From assembly GCA_024279285.1 (NCBI GenBank), contig JAJRRR010000408.1:1-15601 (forward strand): DNA of 15,601 nucleotides, written 5' to 3'. The translations under genes and the position numbers were made by a program. The number at the start of each line of letters is the position of its first letter. Position 1 is the first letter of the stretch. The stretch comes from Planctomycetota bacterium (GTDB taxonomy: Bacteria; Planctomycetota; Planctomycetia; Pirellulales; S012-138). The notes beneath the pieces were generated by a model, which saw only the letters and a program-made list of their open reading frames with translations, searched no databases and was not told the DNA's origin. This document shows positions 1-7,747 of this stretch, piece by piece.

Positions 1-433
1 CATCCTCCACGGTAAATTGCAGCACCAAACTCTGATCAATGGCCCGACTGATATACCGTTCCCCCTGCACGACGGCATCAATGGCACAGAAGAGTTCTTC
101 GTCCATGGCATGCTTAAGCAGATAGCCGTTGGCACCGAGTTTGAGTGCTCGGGCCACGAATTGGACATCATCGTACATGGAGAGGACCAACAGAGCCATA
201 CGAACACGTTTTTTTCTTAATTGGGCAATAACCTCCAGTCCTCCCAGCCGAGGCATGGCCAAATCCAAAATCATCAGATGAGCTCGTTGAGAGTATTGCA
301 CCCCTAGTTCCACGGCTTCCTGACCATCGGTGGCCTGAGCGACCACCTCATAGCCGCACTGGGTCAGCAAAGCAGCCATTCCTTGACGGACGATGTTGTG
401 ATCGTCAGCCAACAGAATGCGTATCTTGCGCAT
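1..433 (-). CDS. NarL/FixJ (LuxR)-family response regulator, receiver domain. It is partial: the C-terminal HTH domain lies beyond the 5' edge of the window. The provided ORF track does not list it because it runs off the window edge.
   Basis: Reverse-complement translation from ATG at 431-433 gives MRKIRILLADDHNIVRQGMAALLTQCGYEVVAQATDGQEAVE...LMILDLAMPRLGGLEVIAQLRKK...LVLSMYDDVQFVARALKLGANGYLLKHA. This carries the canonical receiver residues (DD pair, phospho-acceptor Asp in LDLAMP, S/T in LSMYDD, K in YLLKH). The start overlaps the stop of the upstream histidine kinase by 29 nt. Confidence 0.85.
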   Translation of the reverse strand, partial: MRKIRILLADDHNIVRQGMAALLTQCGYEVVAQATDGQEAVELGVQYSQRAHLMILDLAMPRLGGLEVIAQLRKKRVRMALLVLSMYDDVQFVARALKLGANGYLLKHAMDEELFCAIDAVVQGERYISRAIDQSLVLQFTVED

Positions 434-2246
434 GGTTGGGTATCCTGACTTCCAACCGAGTGCCAGCCCCAGGTCGGGAATGTACAACCAGTTGTCCACC
501 TAGCAACTTGACTCGCTCTTGGATACCCAGCAGCCCCAATCCCTGGCCTCGCTGAGAGGGGTCAAACCCTTTGCCTTGGTCGGAGATGACCAGCAGGATT
601 TGGGAGCCGGTGGTCAGGTGGATTCTGGCTTTGTTGGTTCCCGCATGCTTGGAGACATTCGTGAGGGCTTCCTGCACAATGCGAAAAAGTGATGTGGCCG
701 CTTCGCTAGGCACGCGAGCGTTTCCCTGAATGTGGACATCCACAATCAAGCCCATTCTTTGACGGCACTCAGCGGCCAATTGGTGCAAGGCTGCTTCAAA
801 CCCTAACTCGTCCAGGGCCGGGGGTCGCAATCGGGTGGCCAGTTCTTTGATTCGGGCAGCGGCTTCGTTGACCTGATGGCGAAGTCGCTGGAGATGTTCT
901 TGGGCATCTCGGGCTTCGGCAGGGAGCAAACCCGATAGGACCTGAATACCTAGTTTAAGCCCGATCAGCACCTGCCCGGCCTCATCGTGCAACTCTCGTG
1001 AGATGGAACGCCGTTCTTCCTCCAGGCGGTGCATATACTGGGCCGAGAGACGTTTGATTTCCTGGTTGCGCGCTTCCAAGGAGCGGAGCAATCGGACATT
1101 TTCAATGGCCACGGCAGCAGTGTTGCCCAACGATTCCAGGAATGCGGCATCCAGCCAGGTGAATTCCGCCTCGCCTTCACGGCGATGAAGTTCAAAAAAT
1201 CCCAGCACTTTCTCCTGGCAGTTTTTGATCGGCACACAGACACTGCGGCGGATACCAAATCGAGCGGCCAATTCCGGATCGGCCAAGGGATCGTTGGGAT
1301 AATCGTTGGCAAAGTAAGGGAACTGGCTTACGAGTACGAAACCGGGAATTCCTTCCTCAGGTCCCCAACGCCGCTGCCAACTTCGCCACTGACCCTGCTG
1401 CCAATGACCTACGCATTGCATTGCCGGAGGATGCCCTTGACTGGGCTCCACGGCCAGTCCCACTAAACCCCCGTCAGCCTTCAAAAACCGAGTAGCGTTT
1501 TCCAGCAATTGGCGCACCAGTTGCTCCGGTTCGAGTTGTTGGTTGACCGTGGCGTTGAAGGACAAGAGCATTTCCAGCGACTGGGACCATTCGTGCAGTC
1601 GTTGGAACAGCCTGGCCCGATCCACCGCTGCCGAAGCCATGCGTGCCAAGCACACCGCCGCCTGGATGTCCTCCGGACCCAAGGGAGCTTCCAGCTTCTT
1701 GTTGGCCCCGGCCAAAGTGGCAATCACCTTGCGGTGCATTCCCATGACAGGAACTACCAAAGCCTCGTGCAAACAGTCCTGGGCGAGAGCAGCCGTGGCA
1801 TGTTCCCTCACTAGCCGGTGTTCTTTCAAAGCCCGACGAATTAGCTGATCCAAAGACCGATAAGGCTGGGGTTCACACAGTGAACTGCCCCGACAGGCGG
1901 CCGAGGTGTCGGGCTGATCATTGCTGTAAAAATGCACACAGGAATAATCCACATGGAGGAGTTGGGCTAGGTGGAAGGCCAGGACCTGGGCCAGTTGTTG
2001 GGCATCGCGCTGTTCGGCCATGTCGCGTGCAGCGGCTGACAATTGGACAAGGCGCTGAGAGCTGCGACGCCACTGATGGTGCCAGTCAACCAGTTCCCCC
2101 CCTGTCCCCTGGCATCCGGCCAAGGTGTGCTGCACGACTTGCCAATAGCTTTCCTTATCGCCAGCGGGCTCTCCGGCTTGTGAGGGAATCAGCTCTTCCG
2201 AGCGGACGCCAGATGGGAACAATGGCACCGATGATGATGTTGACAT
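405..2246 (-). CDS. Cytoplasmic sensor histidine kinase with two GAF-like domains, a HisKA_3 (NarX/DegS-type) dimerisation and phospho-acceptor domain, and a C-terminal HATPase_c domain.
   Basis: 613-aa ORF. H-box RSISRELHDEAGQVLIGLKLGIQ is typical of HisKA_3. The C-terminus has an N-box (EALTNVSKHAG) and G-boxes (DQGKGFDP, GLGLLGIQERVKLLGG). No hydrophobic transmembrane segments are seen. It lies immediately upstream of, and overlapping, a NarL-type response regulator. Confidence 0.85.
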   Translation of the reverse strand: MSTSSSVPLFPSGVRSEELIPSQAGEPAGDKESYWQVVQHTLAGCQGTGGELVDWHHQWRRSSQRLVQLSAAARDMAEQRDAQQLAQVLAFHLAQLLHVDYSCVHFYSNDQPDTSAACRGSSLCEPQPYRSLDQLIRRALKEHRLVREHATAALAQDCLHEALVVPVMGMHRKVIATLAGANKKLEAPLGPEDIQAAVCLARMASAAVDRARLFQRLHEWSQSLEMLLSFNATVNQQLEPEQLVRQLLENATRFLKADGGLVGLAVEPSQGHPPAMQCVGHWQQGQWRSWQRRWGPEEGIPGFVLVSQFPYFANDYPNDPLADPELAARFGIRRSVCVPIKNCQEKVLGFFELHRREGEAEFTWLDAAFLESLGNTAAVAIENVRLLRSLEARNQEIKRLSAQYMHRLEEERRSISRELHDEAGQVLIGLKLGIQVLSGLLPAEARDAQEHLQRLRHQVNEAAARIKELATRLRPPALDELGFEAALHQLAAECRQRMGLIVDVHIQGNARVPSEAATSLFRIVQEALTNVSKHAGTNKARIHLTTGSQILLVISDQGKGFDPSQRGQGLGLLGIQERVKLLGGQLVVHSRPGAGTRLEVRIPNHAQDTHSVG

Positions 2247-2890
2247 AAGAACTCAATCCACTGGGGAATTCCTTCGCCGCTTCGGGCCGAAGTCTCCAGC
2301 ACGGGGACTCCAGGACGAACGGCTCGGATGTTTTGCAAAGCCCGTTGTCGGTCAAATTCACAGGCTTGGGCCAGATCGGTCTTGGTGATCACTACTACAT
2401 CGGCTGTGTTGAACAGCCCAGGATATTTCAATGGCTTGTCTTCCCCTTCCGTGACAGACATTAAGGCCACCCTTAAGGACTCTCCTAAGTCCCAACTAGC
2501 TGGACATACTAAGTTACCAATATTCTCAATAAAAAGAAAGGAAATTTCGGACAAATTCCAGCCTTGGAGATGCTGTTTCACCATGTGGGCTTCCAGGTGG
2601 CAACAACCGTGGGTCTGAATTTGGCGAACGGGGGCACCTGATCGGGCAAGACGCCGAGCGTCGTTATCCGTTTCCAGGTCTCCCACCACAGCCGCCACGG
2701 AAAATCCGCGCTGGAGCAGGACATGCAAGGTGCGCTGGAGCAATTCGGTTTTTCCTGTACCAGGGCTGGAAACCAGATTGACAACCGACACTCCCAGCCG
2801 GAGAAACTCCTGGCGCATCTGACGCGCCAGCTCATCGTTCTTTTTGAGAATTTTGGTGCGTACTTCAAGAATCCTTGGAACATGACTCAT
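2189..2890 (-). CDS. hypB: Hydrogenase nickel-incorporation GTPase HypB.
   Basis: 233 aa. It has a P-loop SSPGTGKT, the conserved metal-site GCCH motif of the G-domain, ENIGNLVCPASWDLGE, KTDL (the NKxD equivalent), and the SARSGEGI region, which aligns colinearly with E. coli HypB. It sits directly downstream of hypA. Confidence 0.9.
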   Translation of the reverse strand: MSHVPRILEVRTKILKKNDELARQMRQEFLRLGVSVVNLVSSPGTGKTELLQRTLHVLLQRGFSVAAVVGDLETDNDARRLARSGAPVRQIQTHGCCHLEAHMVKQHLQGWNLSEISFLFIENIGNLVCPASWDLGESLRVALMSVTEGEDKPLKYPGLFNTADVVVITKTDLAQACEFDRQRALQNIRAVRPGVPVLETSARSGEGIPQWIEFLCQHHHRCHCSHLASARKS

Positions 2891-2917
2891 GGCCGTATCC
2901 CGGAAATCAGCAAGTCA

Positions 2918-3328
2918 CTACGAAAACACTCTTTGTTGAGTTTGTGAATCTTCTTCGTCTCCTTTAGATTCTAAAGGGTCTTGATCCTCCAACTCAACGC
3001 TTACCAGCTCCAGTTCCTTTCCGCGACGGATATCCGCAGTGGGCTTTCCACAACGGGGGCAAGAAAACTTCTGGATGTTTTGCAACTGAAACTGTTGTTG
3101 ACATTCAGAGCAGTACACTTCCACAGGCACTTCTTCGATAATTAGTCGGGCGTTTTCGGCGCAAGTGCCCTGGGCAGCCAGTTCGTAGCAAAATTCCAAG
3201 GCTTCGCGGTGCACGCAGCACAACACTCCCAGCCGTACATGCAAAGCCACCACCGTGCCTCCCCCGTGCTGGGAAGCCAGTTGCGTGACCAATTGAACCA
3301 GATGATAGGCAACGGATAGTTCGTGCAT
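2918..3328 (-). CDS. hypA: Hydrogenase nickel-insertion metallochaperone HypA. The start was reassigned to the internal MHE codon of the track ORF 2918..3472.
   Basis: From Met-49 of the track ORF: MHELSVAYHLVQLV..., the conserved MHE N-terminus (His2 is the Ni ligand). The zinc site is CSEC...17 aa...CPRC. The ATG at 3326-3328 overlaps the TGA of the upstream gene as ATGA, implying translational coupling. The length is 137 aa including an acidic C-terminal tail. Confidence 0.85.
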   Translation of the reverse strand: MHELSVAYHLVQLVTQLASQHGGGTVVALHVRLGVLCCVHREALEFCYELAAQGTCAENARLIIEEVPVEVYCSECQQQFQLQNIQKFSCPRCGKPTADIRRGKELELVSVELEDQDPLESKGDEEDSQTQQRVFS

Positions 3329-4164
3329 CAGCTTAAGGCCTTGCGTGAAAACCCTCGGGCCACAGCAACCAGAAAGCCCAGCACTTTCTGGATCTCCGGG
3401 TCGCGTGTGGCCCGATAAAGTCCCCACAGTCCACCAATAGGCTCCGGGGGATGCTGAAGCGCTTCGCGACAACTTTCCGCCAGGGCTTTCCCCAGTTGGC
3501 CTAGGGTACGAACCACCTCGGCGTCTAACATGCCGGATGCCAACATTTGTTGACCGGCTTCAACCAGCTTGGGGAATGCTTGCTCCAGGATCCCCGACTC
3601 TACCAGCCGATTGCCCACTTCCACCAATCGGGGAAGCAAGCGCAATGTCTGGACCAGAGCTGGCTGATCCACTTGGGCAAGCCCCTGAACCACTTCACGG
3701 AGGGATTCTCCCAACGAATCCGCAACCGTTTCACCGCGACGAAGCAGTTCGTCCAGGCCCTGGACCACCATCACAAGCAAGGGCAATCGGTCCAACAACT
3801 GGTTGAGCAGTTCCAAGGTTTGCGGCTGGGTCAGACGTTCCAGCAGTTTTGACTGCTCCAAGGCATCTAGATCGGCTCGGGCTGCCGTCTGAGCCAAACG
3901 GCTGGCAGTTCGGGCTAGCCGAGGAGCCTCCTTGACCAATGCCCCCACCCCTGAGTCATCCATGCGAATGTGACGCAATTCCTGAAGGCTTTCGGACACA
4001 TTGTCCGAAATGGTTTCCCCGCGACGGAAAAAACCATCCAAGGCCTCCAGGGTAAAAGAGAGCGTGTCCAAGTGTTCCACCAACCGAAGCAAGGATTGTT
4101 GGACCAGAGGATCGGACAAACGATCCTGGAGTTCTTGTTGGCAAGGGGTGGTCAGTGGTGTCAT
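3328..4164 (-). CDS. Helical protein resembling the DUF1641 family, with an internal duplication. It is the first gene of the hypA-hypB string.
   Basis: 278 aa. Two copies of a module L..LD.(F/L)LRRGETxxDxxxESL are present: FFRRGETISDNVSESLQEL and LLRRGETVADSLGESLREV. The C-terminal GGLWGLYRATRDPEIQKVLGFLVAVARGF matches my recollection of the DUF1641 C-terminal signature (GL.GLLRxLxDPxVQxxLGFLL). An AGGAG RBS lies 9 nt upstream of the ATG at 4164. Confidence 0.6.
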   Translation of the reverse strand: MTPLTTPCQQELQDRLSDPLVQQSLLRLVEHLDTLSFTLEALDGFFRRGETISDNVSESLQELRHIRMDDSGVGALVKEAPRLARTASRLAQTAARADLDALEQSKLLERLTQPQTLELLNQLLDRLPLLVMVVQGLDELLRRGETVADSLGESLREVVQGLAQVDQPALVQTLRLLPRLVEVGNRLVESGILEQAFPKLVEAGQQMLASGMLDAEVVRTLGQLGKALAESCREALQHPPEPIGGLWGLYRATRDPEIQKVLGFLVAVARGFSRKALS

Positions 4165-4324
4165 GGAACCGCACTCCTGAAAACTCCAGAAGGTCTATCG
4201 CCCTATTGATAACCTCTGGTAGCTGGGCCACCCAGGCAATGGCATGAACATGCTATTTTCTTTGCCTTCGGTCTGCTTCAGAATCATGACGATCTTCAAC
4301 GCGGAGTAGGAGGAGTTCTGCGGG
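4165..4324. promoter_or_regulatory. Divergent promoter/operator region between the DUF1641-hypAB operon (minus) and the nickel permease (plus). It contains two short perfect palindromes.
   Basis: CTGGG-CCA-CCCAG at 4223-4235 and GCATG-AA-CATGC at 4242-4253. The region is locally AT-richer than the flanking coding sequence. Confidence 0.3.
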
Positions 4325-5050
4325 GTGTCATCTTCAGCTACAGCATTGCTTCTGACGGCGGTTTCCTTGGGAATCGTGCACACGGCCTTGGGTCCGGATC
4401 ACTATGTGCCCTTTGCCGCCATGGCCCGAGCCGGGCGATGGTCCCTGCGGCGCACGCTCCTGGTGACTTTTCTCTGCGGTTTGGCCCATGTGGCAAGTTC
4501 TGTAGTGTTAGGGCTGCTGGGCGTGTGCCTGGGATGGATGCTCAGCGGGCTGGAATGGTTGGAATCCACTCGGGGAGAAGTGGCCGGATGGCTCCTGATC
4601 GGGTTCGGTTTGGCCTATTTGAGCTGGGGGATGGTGCAAGCGGTGCGCAATCGTCCCCACTGTCATTGGCACATGCACGCCGATGGAACTTTCCACTGCC
4701 ACGAACACATTCATGATGCCGAGCATCTGCATGTGCACGAACCGCCTTTTGACGACCCTCGGGATGCTAATTGGCTCACTGCTTGGGTGCTGTTTGTCAT
4801 ATTTGCATTTGGGCCTTGCGAGCCGCTGATTCCGCTGCTGATTTATCCGGCGGCCCAAGCCCAACCGTGGCTGGTAGTGGCCGTGGTGGTGGCGTTTTCG
4901 GTAGCCACTTTAGCAGTCATGTTGGCAGCCGTATCGGCGCTGAGTTGGGGACTTCAGCGCATAAGCTGGGTTCCCTTGGAACGGTTCTCCCATGCCTTGG
5001 CTGGAGCCGCAGTGCTGGTTTGCGGAGTGCTGATTCAGTTGGGCTTGTAG
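4325..5050 (+). CDS. HupE/UreJ-like (NicO superfamily) Ni2+/Co2+ permease with a histidine-rich loop.
   Basis: GTG start with AGGAGG 12 nt upstream. The N-terminal motif HTALGPDHYVPFAAMA fits the HupE/UreJ signature H-x3-G-x-DH...AM. There are about 6 hydrophobic segments. The loop HCHWHMHADGTFHCHEHIHDAEHLHVHE contains 12 His. The gene is adjacent to and divergent from hypAB. Confidence 0.65.
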   Translation: MSSSATALLLTAVSLGIVHTALGPDHYVPFAAMARAGRWSLRRTLLVTFLCGLAHVASSVVLGLLGVCLGWMLSGLEWLESTRGEVAGWLLIGFGLAYLSWGMVQAVRNRPHCHWHMHADGTFHCHEHIHDAEHLHVHEPPFDDPRDANWLTAWVLFVIFAFGPCEPLIPLLIYPAAQAQPWLVVAVVVAFSVATLAVMLAAVSALSWGLQRISWVPLERFSHALAGAAVLVCGVLIQLGL

Positions 5051-5181
5051 TGTCCTACCGAAGACAACTCGCCCCTGCCAGACATCTAGTTCCTGATCGC
5101 TGGTTCGCCTCCGATAAAAACGGCACGGACATTTATCATCTTTGCGGGAAAGCATTTGTTCGTCAGGGCCGGTAGAAGTGC

Positions 5182-7530
5182 TCATTTGCTATCCTTGGCT
5201 CTAGAAGGAGAGGCGGAAAGCTCATGGAGTCGGGCCAGAGCTACGGCCACCTGACCTAAGGCTAGACCACCATCGTTAGGCGGCACTTGTCGGGGCACCA
5301 AGACGCGAAATCCCTGGTGCTCCAAGCGATCAACGACAAAGTGGAGCAGAGTCACATTTTGAAACACTCCCCCGCTCAATACCACCGTGCGAACTCCCCA
5401 CTGCTGGTGAACTCTTTGACAGATTTCCAAAATCATCTGGCCCACCGTGCGATGGAACCGAGTGGCCATCCATTGGGGAGATTTTCCCGCGAGAGTTTCC
5501 TGGACGAGAGTTTTCCACATGGGTTGGGGGTCCAGTTGCCACGGCACGGATTGGGTGGTGAACTCAAACGGGTAAGGAGACATCTCTTCCAAGTTGGTGC
5601 ACAATGCTTCCATTTCCATGGCGGCTTGGGCTTCGTAGCTGACCGTCTGACGCACCCCCAACAGGGCAGCTACAGCATCAAACAACCTGCCCATGCTGCT
5701 AGTGGGCACACAGTTGAGATTCTCTTGAAGCTGTTGAAGCAGCACTTTTCGCTGGGCAGAGGTGGCCACTTTGACCGGTGGAAGATTCTCATACCAAGGT
5801 ACACCGGATGCCCAAAGATGAGCCAAAGCTACGCGCCAAGGATGACGGATGGCAGCATCTCCTCCGGGCAAAGGGATGTACTTCAACTGAGCCACGCGAC
5901 GGAACCTGCCCCATGTGGCCAGCAAAAACTCTCCTCCCCAGATCGCTCCATCGGTCCCAAAACCTGTACCGTCAAAACTCACCCCCAACACTTCTTCCGA
6001 AGGATCAACTTGGTACTCCAGCAAGGTTCCGGCCACATGGGCATGATGGTGCTGGACTTCCAGCAAAGGCAGATTGTGAGCGAGGGCAAACTGCTTGGCC
6101 CAATGGGTGGACAGGTAGCCTGGGTGCATGTCGCAGGCAATCCATTGCGGCTGAACGCGAAACAGCCGCAAAAAATGCTCTACCGCCCGTTGCAGAGCCT
6201 GGAGGGTTTCCAGATTGCCCATGTCTCCCACATGCGGGCTCATGTAGGCATAGGGCCCTTTGGTGATGCAAAAGGTAGCCTTCAGTTCTCCTCCCACGGC
6301 CAGAACCGGCGGTGCATTTTGGGCGAGACGGATTGGCATGGGAGCGTAGCCTCGGGAACGACGCACCGGAAGTTCCACCCCACGAAAAACCCGAGTCACC
6401 GAATCGTCACACACCACAAAAATTTCCCGATCGTGAAGCAAGAATGCATCGGCCAGACAACGCAGGCGATCAAAAGCTTCGGTGTTGGTTCGGGCAATAG
6501 GCTCTTCGCTGCGGTTGCCCGAGGTCATCACCAACACCCGACCCTCCAACAGCAACACATGCAACGCCGAATAGGGCAGCATGATGCCCAGAAACGGGTT
6601 ATTAGGGGCCACCAAGGGCGAAACTTCCGCATGGACTTTTCGTCGCAGCAGGACGATGGGCCGGGCCACGCTGCACAGGAGGCGTTCTTCGTCGGGGCTG
6701 ATTTGAGCCAAGCGATGTGCCGTGGGCAGATCGGGCACCATAAGAGCAAACGGTTTGTCCACTCGCCCTTTTCGCCGACGCAAAGTGGCCAATGCCCGGT
6801 CCTCCGTGGCCAAACATGCCAAGTGAAAACCTCCTATCCCCTTGACTGCCACGATCCCCCCTTGATCTATCAACCGGTGAAACTCCTCCACGGCTTCCTG
6901 GCCTCGGGGAACATCTCCGGAAGGGGCCAAAAATTGCGTCTTGGGAGCCTGGGCCCAGACGAACCACACCTGAGGGCCACATCGGGCACACGCATTGGGT
7001 TGGGCATGATAGCGACGATTGCTCGGATCCTCATACTCCTGCTGGCACTGTCGGCACATCCGGAAACTGGCCATGGTCGTGTTGGGCCGATCATAAGGAA
7101 TGTCCCGGACTATGGTGTATCTAGGACCACAGTTCGTGCAGTTGATGAACGGATACCGGAAACGACGGTCTCGAGGATCCGAAAACTCCCGCAAGCACTC
7201 CTGACAAGTGGCCAGATCCGGGGAGATGGGCGTACTGGCCGCCGCTTGGACTTGGCTGTGCTCGATGCGGAACTGGGACTCCCCTTGCAACGCTACGCTT
7301 TCCACACCCACCCAGTCTATTTGAGCGGCCGGTGGTGGATGGTGTTTCAAAGCATGCAAGAACGCTTCCAGGTCCTCTGGTTTGCCTTCGGCTTCTATGC
7401 TGACGCCTGAGCTGTGGTTTCGCACAAATCCAACCAGTCCATGGCGTAAGGCTAGGTTGTACACAAAGGGGCGGAATCCTACCCCTTGGACGATTCCACG
7501 CACCTCCACCCGAATCCGCCGACGAGCCAT
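5182..7530 (-). CDS. hypF: [NiFe]-hydrogenase maturation carbamoyltransferase HypF.
   Basis: 782 aa. The N-terminal acylphosphatase domain reads VRGIVQGVGFRPFVY. Two CxxC-x18-CxxC zinc fingers are present (CQECL...CTNCGPRYT and CRQCQ...CARCGPQ). These are followed by a YrdC-like region and a C-terminal Kae1/YgjD-like domain. A GGAGGGAG RBS lies before the ATG at 7530. Confidence 0.92.
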   Translation of the reverse strand: MARRRIRVEVRGIVQGVGFRPFVYNLALRHGLVGFVRNHSSGVSIEAEGKPEDLEAFLHALKHHPPPAAQIDWVGVESVALQGESQFRIEHSQVQAAASTPISPDLATCQECLREFSDPRDRRFRYPFINCTNCGPRYTIVRDIPYDRPNTTMASFRMCRQCQQEYEDPSNRRYHAQPNACARCGPQVWFVWAQAPKTQFLAPSGDVPRGQEAVEEFHRLIDQGGIVAVKGIGGFHLACLATEDRALATLRRRKGRVDKPFALMVPDLPTAHRLAQISPDEERLLCSVARPIVLLRRKVHAEVSPLVAPNNPFLGIMLPYSALHVLLLEGRVLVMTSGNRSEEPIARTNTEAFDRLRCLADAFLLHDREIFVVCDDSVTRVFRGVELPVRRSRGYAPMPIRLAQNAPPVLAVGGELKATFCITKGPYAYMSPHVGDMGNLETLQALQRAVEHFLRLFRVQPQWIACDMHPGYLSTHWAKQFALAHNLPLLEVQHHHAHVAGTLLEYQVDPSEEVLGVSFDGTGFGTDGAIWGGEFLLATWGRFRRVAQLKYIPLPGGDAAIRHPWRVALAHLWASGVPWYENLPPVKVATSAQRKVLLQQLQENLNCVPTSSMGRLFDAVAALLGVRQTVSYEAQAAMEMEALCTNLEEMSPYPFEFTTQSVPWQLDPQPMWKTLVQETLAGKSPQWMATRFHRTVGQMILEICQRVHQQWGVRTVVLSGGVFQNVTLLHFVVDRLEHQGFRVLVPRQVPPNDGGLALGQVAVALARLHELSASPSRAKDSK

Positions 7531-7747
7531 GAACCCGCTCCCTCCTTGTCAAACAAGCCGCTCACGAGAGGGAACAGAAATGGAAACCGTTGCTGTCTAT
7601 TTTGCCACCTCAAACAGCCTAAAAAAACTTTTTGTGTGATTTCGGCTGGAAGTATCCGCAACCGAAACGACTGGGCGCAACCTGGCCAGAAGCAGGATTC
7701 CCAGTGATCTTGACCCTCGGGGCGGAACTCCCTACTGTAGCCAGGCC
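7531..7747. promoter_or_regulatory. Divergent intergenic region between hypF (minus) and the PSCyt1-domain gene (plus). It contains an AT-rich stretch with possible sigma70-like elements.
   Basis: 7601-7660 is markedly AT-rich (cctaaaaaaactttttgtgtgatttcggctggaagtatcc), with TTGTGT and GTATCC-like hexamers. No experimental support. Confidence 0.25.

Noticed and set aside
17-220. 67-aa plus-strand ORF at the window start
   Set aside because: It lies antisense within the response-regulator receiver domain, which reads as a clean NarL-type receiver on the minus strand.
2440-2580. Locally AT-rich patch, suspected foreign insertion
   Set aside because: It lies inside hypB and encodes the conserved ...FLFIENIGNLVCPASWDLGE... 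core colinear with E. coli HypB. It is a codon-composition fluctuation, not an insertion.
4240-4256. Sigma-54-like element TGGCAT-gaaca-TGCT upstream of the nickel permease
   Set aside because: The GG/GC spacing is one nucleotide off the -24/-12 consensus (TGGCAC-N5-TTGC). The same bases are better described as the GCATGAACATGC palindrome. No NtrC-type activator is present in the window.
5287-7410. 707-aa ORF on the plus strand
   Set aside because: It is entirely antisense to hypF, whose translation has clear acylphosphatase, Zn-finger, YrdC and Kae1 domains. The plus-strand product is low-complexity (Gly/Arg/His/Pro-rich) with no recognisable motif. It is a typical shadow ORF in GC-rich DNA.
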